From positions 106,139 through 170,138 of IMG/VR virus record IMGVR_UViG_3300005096_000005: a DNA stretch of 64,000 bases; one strand, written 5' to 3'. A program made the position numbers and the translations under genes. The first letter of the stretch is position 1, and each line of letters opens with the position of its first letter. This document shows positions 56,592 to 63,833 of the stretch, piece after piece. The stretch is from a virus. The notes beneath the pieces were generated by a model. That model saw only the letters and a list, made by a program, of their open reading frames with translations, did no database searches and had not been told where the DNA came from.

Positions 56592-57166
56592 TAGTACCGC
56601 CCTCGCTTTCCTGTCCCGTGTAGATTATGCGCGGCGAATACAAGATCGCCATCAGCCATCATTGTGCGCCCGGCGGTTCTTGTGGTTCCTGGGTAATTGA
56701 TATAAGCATCCCGCTCGGCCTGATGTTGCAAACCAGCAAGTTCTCTGACACGACCGCCACGGTCCCAAACCGTGTCAGCGACAGCAAACACACCCACAGC
56801 CCCTACGCCGCCCCACAAGATTCCCTGACCGACACCGGCACCCACTTTCCGGGCAAACCGGACCCCGGAGCTACCAGTCGCTTCCCTGGCAACGGCCTCG
56901 GAAACGTCCTCTACAACCTCTTTGCCAGGGCGCATCATAGCTTTACGGGCTGCCGCAGCTTCACTCATCCCGGCAAGTATCCTTCTGCCAACCCTGTCTC
57001 CCGCCCCATGCAACGGTGAACGAGCGTTTATCTCAGAGACCACGCTATATGCACGGCCGGCCTGATTGTACATCTTAACAGTTCCTGAAGCAACTTTCTT
57101 TGCGGCGAACCTTCCAAGTCTCGAAAAGCCTACGCCAATCGCTTCGTTGACTTCACTTATTCCCAT
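56591..57166 (-). CDS. Gly/Arg-rich protein with one hydrophobic segment (191 aa)
   Basis: Coupled at both ends; C-terminus MMADGDLVFAAHNLH. Confidence 0.7.
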   Translation of the reverse strand: MGISEVNEAIGVGFSRLGRFAAKKVASGTVKMYNQAGRAYSVVSEINARSPLHGAGDRVGRRILAGMSEAAAARKAMMRPGKEVVEDVSEAVAREATGSSGVRFARKVGAGVGQGILWGGVGAVGVFAVADTVWDRGGRVRELAGLQHQAERDAYINYPGTTRTAGRTMMADGDLVFAAHNLHGTGKRGRY

Positions 57167-57167
57167 G

Positions 57168-57770
57168 TTATGTCCACCTGTTCGCTCCCATTAAGTAATG
57201 GTATTGTGTTTTAGAATGGCGGATCGCTTCCGCCGTAGCGTGTGACGCCATCTGCAGCTGACTCGTCCTCTCCCTCTTCGTAATCCGGTCCATGTCTTGT
57301 ATAACCTGGCGCCGTGCGGAGTACATCACCCTCACCATCGCCCGGGAGTTCACGTTCCCCACCCGGTTTATCTCCCTCTCCACATCCTGTTGGGAAGCAA
57401 TGCGCATACGGGCCAGTCTTCCCGATTGGACGCTCTGGACTGTGGAGCCGTATCGCCGATTCTCCATGTCCATCGCCCGCATCGTTGTTGTCAGGTTCGT
57501 CTTCTGTACCATCTGTGTCGTCATGACTTGCGTTTGCGCGTCCGACAGAAACGCCCGTGACGATAGGCTGGCTTTCCTTGATGTCACGGCCTGTGGTTGC
57601 GGAAACGCTACTGGGCTTCTGCCCGTCATCATTGTGAGGGCCGGCCCCCTGCTCATAAGTTCCCGAGGGTCCGTCCTCATGGCCGACGGCATCGCATGTT
57701 CCAGTGGGGGATTGGACATCGATGACATCCCCCGCGGGCGGTAAACTCTTTCCCCCATCGGTGTGAACAT
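57168..57770 (-). CDS. Basic Met/Arg-rich protein (200 aa), overlapping the TerS-like gene
   Basis: SD GGAG 6 nt before ATG; its stop abuts the next start (TAAcATG). Confidence 0.6.
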   Translation of the reverse strand: MFTPMGERVYRPRGMSSMSNPPLEHAMPSAMRTDPRELMSRGPALTMMTGRSPVAFPQPQAVTSRKASLSSRAFLSDAQTQVMTTQMVQKTNLTTTMRAMDMENRRYGSTVQSVQSGRLARMRIASQQDVEREINRVGNVNSRAMVRVMYSARRQVIQDMDRITKRERTSQLQMASHATAEAIRHSKTQYHYLMGANRWT

Positions 57771-58443
57771 AAGCTACTCCCATCTCTCGTGAAGCCCGTT
57801 CTTTCTGGCGACGTCTCATGATCTCTTCAAACTTGGCGAGAGTTTCAGCCGCATACGTAGACGGATCTTTTGTAACCGTCGCGCCAATCTGTGCCCTGGC
57901 CTTCGGCGTTAAGCCCATCTGTTCCATAAATCTGAGTTTTTCCTTGAGGAGCTTCTGGAAAGCTTCGAGTTTTGCAGTTACTTCCGGACGTTCCACTACT
58001 CTACCGCTGGACTTGTCGACACCGACTGCCACTAGTTCGACGACTGCACCGTTCTCGGCCAGCATGCGCTCTGAACGCATAATCTGCAACTCCAGGGCGG
58101 ACACGTCTTTGATAAGACACATCAACGACCAGTTAGCGCCGTCAGGGCACATCTCACCCTTGTATCCAAGGTACATCTTTTGGAGGTAAACAATCTCAAG
58201 CGGACAATAAGACCCCTGGGGTGGTTGAAGCGGAGAGTTGGGATCGCAGAAGCCGCAGGTGGCTCGATATATACAATCGTCGGGTCCCTGGCAAATCATT
58301 ACCATGTTACCCTGAGCCAGGTTTAGAACATCAACTTCTTCTCCCTGCAGATCTAACAGTACCCGAATATGGTCAATGTTGTTTATTGTCTCGACGCCCG
58401 TAAGGGAGCCGCACGGCGGCTTTTTTACGATTGCCTGTGTCAT
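57211..58443 (-). CDS. Terminase small subunit-like protein with Cys-rich N-terminus and acidic disordered tail (410 aa)
   Basis: MEQMGLTPKARAQI resembles the P27-type TerS motif; SD GAGGAG; upstream of TerL. Confidence 0.55.
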   Translation of the reverse strand: MTQAIVKKPPCGSLTGVETINNIDHIRVLLDLQGEEVDVLNLAQGNMVMICQGPDDCIYRATCGFCDPNSPLQPPQGSYCPLEIVYLQKMYLGYKGEMCPDGANWSLMCLIKDVSALELQIMRSERMLAENGAVVELVAVGVDKSSGRVVERPEVTAKLEAFQKLLKEKLRFMEQMGLTPKARAQIGATVTKDPSTYAAETLAKFEEIMRRRQKERASREMGVAYVHTDGGKSLPPAGDVIDVQSPTGTCDAVGHEDGPSGTYEQGAGPHNDDGQKPSSVSATTGRDIKESQPIVTGVSVGRANASHDDTDGTEDEPDNNDAGDGHGESAIRLHSPERPIGKTGPYAHCFPTGCGEGDKPGGERELPGDGEGDVLRTAPGYTRHGPDYEEGEDESAADGVTRYGGSDPPF

Positions 58444-58576
58444 CGCCGAACTCCTCGGGGAACAGCATCTTTATATACCTGGCTCGAATCTTCGCGCAGC
58501 AGGCATGATAAGGTAGTCTATCAGGGTATGCAACATGTCGCGCTTGTATCACTTGTGCTTTTTGTGGTCTGCTCAT
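58373..58576 (-). CDS. Small basic hypothetical protein (67 aa), probably leaderless
   Basis: ATG lies 7 nt downstream of TATAAT. Confidence 0.45.
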   Translation of the reverse strand: MSRPQKAQVIQARHVAYPDRLPYHACCAKIRARYIKMLFPEEFGDDTGNRKKAAVRLPYGRRDNKQH

Positions 58577-58582
58577 ATTCCC

Positions 58583-58612
58583 ATTATACTATTCCTTTAT
58601 ATATTACGTCAA
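58583..58612 (-). promoter_or_regulatory. sigma70/sigmaA-like promoter for the morphogenesis operon
   Basis: TTGACG-18 nt-TATAAT. Confidence 0.7.
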
Positions 58613-58623
58613 CGACGCGGACG

Positions 58624-58652
58624 TTGACCCAACCCTCGTATTGTGCTATTCT
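58624..58652 (+). promoter_or_regulatory. sigma70/sigmaA-like promoter for the amidase operon
   Basis: TTGACC-17 nt-TATTCT with an extended -10 TG. Confidence 0.65.
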
Positions 58653-58680
58653 ACTCACATAACATGCCAACGAGGTGATT

Positions 58681-59595
58681 ATGACCAACGAATCGTACAA
58701 ACACCACGAAGTACAAAAAGGAGAGACGCTCTCCCAGATTCTCAAAAAGTACTACGGAGGTTATTCAAAACCTCTTGCTGAAAGAGTACTCGCAGGTCAC
58801 AACATTGTCAACCCCAACGCCATACCTGCCGGCCTCGTACTGAACCTGCAGGGCTCATGGAGTCATCCCAAACCTGAGATGGAAGTTTACGACCATCCCA
58901 ACAAAGCGATTACCACCCTTACAAACAAAAGCGAGCTCAGCGACACACCCGCCGCAGAACCAAAAAAGCTGGAGAAGGACCTTCCCCGGGGCGAATACTG
59001 GGCGCAACTCTATAAGAAGGACCTTATCGTCCTCCACTTCACTGCGGGCTATACGTGGCGGAGCGCGTACAACACGTTCTTGAGGCCCGGGCGCGTCGCC
59101 ACACCATATATCGTGGATGTGACAGGACCTCTTTTTGTGGTCCAACTGTTCGACCCCAAATTCTGGTCGTACCATCTTGGCATCAAGAAACCCTACTCCA
59201 ACAACTGGAACAACGATAAACGAAGTATCGGTATCGAGATCGTAAACATCGGTCCGGTCTGGAAGAAGGGTATACACTACAAGGATTATACAGGAAAGAT
59301 ATGGCCTGAGGGCGACGTAGTCGTGGCCCCAAATCGGGACGCCGACGGTGGTGTACGTTTCCCCGAAGAACAGATCTATGCCGTATGTGACCTGATAAAC
59401 TGGCTATGCCAGGAATTCGATATCCCCCGGCAGGTACCGGCGGATAAGATGTCCATGCAGCTCCCTGAGGTTGGGGAGTTTAAAGGGATCGCCACCCATC
59501 AACACTTTCGCAAAGACAAGTATGATATGGGAAGCGCCTTCCCCTGGGACATCGTAACCGATCGGTGCGGTCTGGAGGAAGTCGACCTAACATAA
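58681..59595 (+). CDS. LysM plus N-acetylmuramoyl-L-alanine amidase (Amidase_2), endolysin candidate
   Basis: HEVQKGETLSQI...NPNAIPAGLVL (LysM); IVLHFTAG, YHLG, SIGIEIVN, THQHFRKDKYD (Zn ligands and catalytic Glu). GTG 58675 is an alternative start. Confidence 0.9.
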   Translation: MTNESYKHHEVQKGETLSQILKKYYGGYSKPLAERVLAGHNIVNPNAIPAGLVLNLQGSWSHPKPEMEVYDHPNKAITTLTNKSELSDTPAAEPKKLEKDLPRGEYWAQLYKKDLIVLHFTAGYTWRSAYNTFLRPGRVATPYIVDVTGPLFVVQLFDPKFWSYHLGIKKPYSNNWNNDKRSIGIEIVNIGPVWKKGIHYKDYTGKIWPEGDVVVAPNRDADGGVRFPEEQIYAVCDLINWLCQEFDIPRQVPADKMSMQLPEVGEFKGIATHQHFRKDKYDMGSAFPWDIVTDRCGLEEVDLT

Positions 59596-59605
59596 GGAGG
59601 AAGAC

Positions 59606-60673
59606 ATGGCAAATCCAACACTCGACTTTTCATCCCTGCCTAACTGGCCGACCGGCCGCGTCGGAGAACCCTATTCGGTCACAGTGCCGCTCGACCTGGA
59701 TGGTGAGGTGTTCCAATCCATCGAGACCGTATTCCCCACACCGAACTGGATCAACACCCAGCTCGCCGGGAGCGACATACAGCTCTCGGGGGTACCAAAC
59801 CTGATCGGGACATTTACTATCGGTCTCAGGTTGTACACAGACGTACACCCCAACGGTTACGTTCTAAATGTACCAGCCGGAGGACCCGACCTCACTGTCA
59901 TGTCCGCCAACGTCGACGCCATCGACGAGGAGCAACAGTACTTCGGCTACAAGGACATGGTTCTCATGCCCGGCGAAGAACTGTCAGTTTCCAAGAACGG
60001 CGTCCCGGACCCGGACATGACTTTCACCAACGCCGACCCGGTGGAATCTGTCAGGTTCATAGTCAACGCCGCAGGCACCAAGGTCGGAGAGCCACCGAGC
60101 ATCAACACTACACCACCCGCGGCACAGCTCGGATTCGGCATCGACACTTTCAGCTACAATGCTGACGCCGACGGCGCAACACCACTGTCATGGTTCGTAG
60201 TCTCCGGACCTCCGGGGTTCAGCATCAACACCGTGTCCGGTCTATGCAGCTGGGTTCCCACGGGAGAGGGCCTGTTTAACGCCCGCATCCGCGCAGAGAA
60301 CCTGGCAGGCCACGACGAACAGGATATTCCGCTGGACGTTATCATCGTTGCTCCAACCTGGCTTACTGATCCATACGCCGACGCTCTTGTGCTTCCGGGA
60401 ATGACGACCCCGGTCGATCCGGCCCCGCTGGCACCCGGCGAATCCTACCGCTACGATATGGAAGTCTCAGGGTCACCAACCATCACCATGACCATCACTG
60501 ACTACGGTACTGTCGACCCTGGCGACGTGAACCTCGTACCACTATCGCCAACCCGCTGGAGACTCGAAGTTGTGAACAACATGGCGGACGGAAACGTCCA
60601 TACACTGATTCTGCGCGCCGAGAATACCGGAGGTTCCGCAGACCAGAGTATCAATATAGAACTGCAAATGTAA
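59606..60673 (+). CDS. Multi-Ig (putative Ig/He_PIG, cadherin-like) protein (355 aa)
   Basis: LPNWPTGRVGEPYSV...LSGVP; SGPPGFSINTVSGLCSWVP; SD AAGGAGG. Confidence 0.75.
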   Translation: MANPTLDFSSLPNWPTGRVGEPYSVTVPLDLDGEVFQSIETVFPTPNWINTQLAGSDIQLSGVPNLIGTFTIGLRLYTDVHPNGYVLNVPAGGPDLTVMSANVDAIDEEQQYFGYKDMVLMPGEELSVSKNGVPDPDMTFTNADPVESVRFIVNAAGTKVGEPPSINTTPPAAQLGFGIDTFSYNADADGATPLSWFVVSGPPGFSINTVSGLCSWVPTGEGLFNARIRAENLAGHDEQDIPLDVIIVAPTWLTDPYADALVLPGMTTPVDPAPLAPGESYRYDMEVSGSPTITMTITDYGTVDPGDVNLVPLSPTRWRLEVVNNMADGNVHTLILRAENTGGSADQSINIELQM

Positions 60674-60702
60674 TTGACACACCCCCTGTGTGCCGTTATA
60701 AT
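60674..60702 (+). promoter_or_regulatory. Perfect consensus sigma70 promoter
   Basis: TTGACA (60674-60679), 17-nt spacer, TATAAT (60697-60702). Confidence 0.85.
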
Positions 60703-60706
60703 CCGG

Positions 60707-60809
60707 GTGTCTTGTTTCACTGCGTGTCCACCGGACACAGAGTGACATACCAATCAAGGGCAATAAAGACGCCCGCCCACAGGCCGTCCTTATGGCGGCC
60801 TCTTTTTAT
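60707..60809 (+). ncRNA. Candidate ~100-nt structured small RNA
   Basis: Bounded by a consensus promoter and an intrinsic terminator. Internal hairpin TCACT-gc-GTGTCC-acc-GGACAC-ag-AGTGA. 5' (GGGT)GTCTT pairs with AAGAC(GCCC). No credible ORF. Confidence 0.6.
60781..60809 (+). terminator. Intrinsic terminator (+ strand)
   Basis: AGGCCGTC-cttat-GGCGGCCT then CTTTTTAT. Confidence 0.75.
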
Positions 60810-60814
60810 GGCAC

Positions 60815-60847
60815 AAAAAAGCTCCCCCGCCCCTGCGAGCGGAGGAG
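60815..60847 (-). terminator. Intrinsic terminator (- strand)
   Basis: CTCCTCCGCTC-GCAG-GGGCGGGGGAG then C-TTTTTT, downstream of the stop at 60883. Confidence 0.8.
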
Positions 60848-60882
60848 ATAAACCGGATAATTGGTTGGTGGCTTAGTGTACG

Positions 60883-61800
60883 TTATCCTACTTGTGTCAG
60901 GAAGCACATAAGGTTGTATCCACAAGCGTGGCAATGCTTCTGATTAGTGGCGCACTTCGTGCCACACTCAGGACAGAACACCTTATCCCTGGTCGTTACT
61001 ACATTCTTCGCCGCGTGGAGCCTGATACGAATCTGGGCGGCCCTGTTGTCTTCCACTCTCATGCAAGACACCCGGAAACCGGTGCGACTTATGTCCCCCT
61101 GGGTCGTAGCTCCGGTCGGCCGCGTCCTGTTAACGTGCTGGCCGGTCGAGCGTTTCTTACTGAAGGTTCCAACAAGGCCCATCGCATCGTCCGAGAACAC
61201 AGTACCATCCATCTTTTCGCCTTTGAGAGATTCTCCGGCCGTGGTCGCTCCCGAAGGTGCGCATGACTCTTCGCACGCAGCCTCAGCCTCAGCCACAGGC
61301 GCCGCCGAAAAGTCGCCCATTGACCAATCTATCGTCGGAGGTCCGCCAATCTCGCCGGGAGCGCCAAACTTGCCAGACCTCATACTGTCGAGGATAGCGT
61401 CGCGAGTAATCACTTTCGATTCTTCTCTTTCGAAGTGGAAGTTGACAATGATAAGTCCATTGTCTCTGGAGTCGGGGTCCGGTGTAGCGTTCTGGCCTTC
61501 TCTGGAATTGAGAGCTACGAACTTCAGGGCTCTGCCCTTTGTCAGATCTCCGTCCAGCATGAACCGGTCAAGGGTGGTTGTGCCATGGGCTGGAATTACC
61601 AGTCCGCCCTGCAGTGCGTCCATACCGTCGATAGTGATGTACGCGGCGGCCCTTCTGTCGTGTTTGTTTTTGAGGAAGATTGTGTACTCTGTGTCGTGGG
61701 GGAGATAGACGACGCGCTCGCCGTTCTCCACGAACTCTCTGACTGTCTTACCGTCTTTTGTCTGAATAGATGCTACGAATCCTTCTGCATGTGCCATCAT
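60883..61800 (-). CDS. Uncharacterised beta-sandwich protein with C-terminal double zinc ribbon (305 aa)
   Basis: EYTIFLKN...YITIDG...LDRF...LKFV; CPECG...CHACG; SD AAGGAG. Confidence 0.8.
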   Translation of the reverse strand: MMAHAEGFVASIQTKDGKTVREFVENGERVVYLPHDTEYTIFLKNKHDRRAAAYITIDGMDALQGGLVIPAHGTTTLDRFMLDGDLTKGRALKFVALNSREGQNATPDPDSRDNGLIIVNFHFEREESKVITRDAILDSMRSGKFGAPGEIGGPPTIDWSMGDFSAAPVAEAEAACEESCAPSGATTAGESLKGEKMDGTVFSDDAMGLVGTFSKKRSTGQHVNRTRPTGATTQGDISRTGFRVSCMRVEDNRAAQIRIRLHAAKNVVTTRDKVFCPECGTKCATNQKHCHACGYNLMCFLTQVG

Positions 61801-61808
61801 GATGATGT

Positions 61809-61854
61809 CTCCTTTTCCCGCCGCCTGAGTACCGGCGCTTCGTTTTAACTCAGG
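61809..61854 (-). promoter_or_regulatory. Candidate 5'-UTR stem/pseudoknot abutting the SD
   Basis: CCTGAGT/ACTCAGG stem; loop CGCCG is complementary to the downstream CGGCG. Confidence 0.4.
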
Positions 61855-61872
61855 TAGGTTATTGTCATGGGC

Positions 61873-62058
61873 TTAATCGATCGAAAGCGCTTCTTCCTTT
61901 TTACCTCCCTTCTCTCTCATTAGTTTGTGGTACTTCTCGCGTTCGGTCGTGTTACCCGGTGACGCTTCTGCAAACTCGAACCTTTCGTTGCCGAAGTCCT
62001 GGTCGGCCCCGGAAAGCATATTCTTCATCTGGTTAGCCACGTTGCTCAACGGATCCAT
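61873..62058 (-). CDS. Hypothetical protein (61 aa)
   Basis: SD AGGAG. Confidence 0.6.
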   Translation of the reverse strand: MDPLSNVANQMKNMLSGADQDFGNERFEFAEASPGNTTEREKYHKLMREKGGKKEEALSID

Positions 62059-62089
62059 GTTTACTCCTGCCTTTCAACCGCGTTCGGAT

Positions 62090-62389
62090 TTACTTCTCTA
62101 CCGCGACATCTTTCCATATCTCTTTTTCCGTATCATACTGCTGCAGGGATACGACCGCGGATATTCTGTCTTCGTTGCCGTCTTCCCACAGGATGTCGGT
62201 ATGGTTAGCAAAAAGCAATTCCCAGGCTTTCTCCAGTTCTCCGGTATACGGCTCCCCTATCCTGGCGCGTCCCCTGCCTTTTTTCTCGTGATACTCTGCC
62301 GCGAGCTTCAAAGCATCCAGAGCATCGCCGTCGAAGTCGTCCGGCAGTGCGAATGCTGCTATTATCATCGCGACTTTATTTGACTTCAT
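62090..62389 (-). CDS. Hypothetical protein (99 aa)
   Basis: SD GAGG; protein-like composition. Confidence 0.7.
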   Translation of the reverse strand: MKSNKVAMIIAAFALPDDFDGDALDALKLAAEYHEKKGRGRARIGEPYTGELEKAWELLFANHTDILWEDGNEDRISAVVSLQQYDTEKEIWKDVAVEK

Positions 62390-62398
62390 AGTGCCCTC

Positions 62399-62563
62399 TC
62401 AGTCGTAGATTACCGGACTTTTCTTCTCACCGGCGGGTTGCTCTTTCAGTTCCTCCACAAACCTTTTTTCCATCGCGCTGTGGCCTCCGCCGCCTTTCTC
62501 ATTCGTCGAGCTCGAAGCCCTGTCCAGGTCCTGCGGTTTTCCCTTTTCATTTAGGTCCTGCAT
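62399..62563 (-). CDS. Hypothetical protein (54 aa), not in ORF track
   Basis: MQDLNEKGKPQDLDRASS...SPVIYD; strong SD GAGGAGG. Confidence 0.55.
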   Translation of the reverse strand: MQDLNEKGKPQDLDRASSSTNEKGGGGHSAMEKRFVEELKEQPAGEKKSPVIYD

Positions 62564-62712
62564 AATTCCTCCTCATTCCTCCTCAGGTATCTTTCTCCGG
62601 TATCACTGTTCGCCCTAATGGGATCGATTCCGGTTTTTTTCGTCAGCTCCAAAAGCGCGAGGCGTATATTGCAGCAACCGATAATGTGTCGAGCTTCCTC
62701 CGGGGCGATCAG
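62551..62712 (-). CDS. Candidate CTG-initiated small protein (53 aa)
   Basis: GAGGAG, 8 nt, then CTG overlapping the nuclease TGA (CTGA); fills the gap to the next gene. Confidence 0.3.
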   Translation of the reverse strand: MIAPEEARHIIGCCNIRLALLELTKKTGIDPIRANSDTGERYLRRNEEELCRT

Positions 62713-63104
62713 CCCCTGTACTCCTCTGCAAGTCCAGCGGCCAGCAGGTCTGCGTTCAGGACCCTCGTCTCGTGCCCACCCGGCAGCCCCGGCACATCGT
62801 TCCGCCAATCGATGGCGGCTATCTGTCCCAGGTAGCGTCCGTACTTGCCCTGCTTGTCCTTGAAAGTGGTTACGATTATGCTCAGGCCGTCGGTCTTTGC
62901 TTTTTCGAACCATGTTTTCACGAACTCCTTTGCCTCGACAGCTTTCGCTCTGGACTCGGCGGTGCCACCGCGAAGCTCCGGCGTGTTGATGTTTGAAAGA
63001 CGTATTCTCTGGAGGGTGTAGGTTCTAAATCCGAGGTCTACCATCAGGTCGACAGTGTCGCCGTCAACAACTTTTACCACGTCGCTTACGCTGTACTGAT
63101 ACAT
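62709..63104 (-). CDS. Thermonuclease (staphylococcal nuclease-like)
   Basis: KVVDGDTV...RIRLSNINTPE...GKYGRYLG...NADLLAAGLA; no signal peptide. Confidence 0.9.
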   Translation of the reverse strand: MYQYSVSDVVKVVDGDTVDLMVDLGFRTYTLQRIRLSNINTPELRGGTAESRAKAVEAKEFVKTWFEKAKTDGLSIIVTTFKDKQGKYGRYLGQIAAIDWRNDVPGLPGGHETRVLNADLLAAGLAEEYRG

Positions 63105-63228
63105 CTTTTACTCTCCATTCCTCGTAGCCGCTCATCAGCCATTCCCAGAATCCCGGAGGCGCTTCTCTATCGGCCGATGCTTTCAGGTCTTTCAGTGTGA
63201 CTGCGTCACGTTCGGGCTGTTTGCTCAC
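63064..63228 (-). CDS. Hypothetical protein (~54 aa)
   Basis: GTG after GGAGG; start uncertain (ORF track gives 63255). Confidence 0.4.
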   Translation of the reverse strand: MSKQPERDAVTLKDLKASADREAPPGFWEWLMSGYEEWRVKDVSVQRKRRGKSC

Positions 63229-63266
63229 TTGTCTTTGAAGCCTCCGTGTGCACACATCATACTCCG

Positions 63267-63653
63267 CTACCGGAGTGCTGTCAAGACTGTTTGCATAATC
63301 TTTCCAACGTCATACGGTTTTTTGAAGAAAGCGTGTCCCAATTGCTCCGCGGTATCGGCCCACTCGTCCCTGCCGGACACGAAGATTATGATCGGATCCA
63401 AACCCAGGGCGTGGATCTTGGTAGCGCACAGGAAGCCGTTCATCACCGGCATGTCCACATCCAGAATCACAACGTCAGGCTGGCTGGCATAGACCACCTC
63501 AGCGCCCTCACGCCCATCACAGGCCGTACCCACAACCCTGAATTCCTCCGTCAGGTTCAGCGTCTCAAGAAGAGACGTAATGAGCTCTGGCGTGTCATCG
63601 ACGATGACAACCCTTATCTCATCCTCTTTCTCCCGATCTCCTGAAAAGTTCAT
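63267..63653 (-). CDS. Stand-alone response-regulator receiver domain protein
   Basis: VVIVDD, VILDVDMPVMNG (phospho-Asp), IFVSG, KKPYD. Confidence 0.9.
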   Translation of the reverse strand: MNFSGDREKEDEIRVVIVDDTPELITSLLETLNLTEEFRVVGTACDGREGAEVVYASQPDVVILDVDMPVMNGFLCATKIHALGLDPIIIFVSGRDEWADTAEQLGHAFFKKPYDVGKIMQTVLTALR

Positions 63654-63693
63654 GTCTATCCCCTTTAGCTATGCGTTATACACATACACGTCC

Positions 63694-63722
63694 ATTGTAC
63701 CTTACGGCAGGATGCCTGGGAA
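63694..63722 (-). promoter_or_regulatory. Candidate sigma70-like promoter for accessory genes
   Basis: TTCCCA-17 nt-TACAAT, about 40 nt upstream of the receiver gene. Confidence 0.4.
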
Positions 63723-63726
63723 GCCT

Positions 63727-63833
63727 TATAGGGAAAAACTCGTGTGTAATATTATTCGGCCCCGGGCTCCGGCGCCCGCGAGGCCCTATAGGGAAAACAG
63801 GCGTGAATAATATTATTGCAGTAAAGCGGGCTC
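63727..63833. repeat. Two imperfect ~60-bp direct repeats
   Basis: TATAGGGAAAA at 63727 and 63787; TAATATTATT at 63747 and 63808; CGGGCTC at 63763 and 63827. Confidence 0.7.

Noticed and set aside
60688-60876. 62-aa plus-strand ORF across the sRNA region
   Set aside because: Its GTG lies inside the promoter spacer, there is no SD, and it crosses two terminators.
62713-62913. N-terminal part of the 120-aa ORF 62551..62913
   Set aside because: Out-of-frame overlap with the thermonuclease; only the part from the CTG is plausible.
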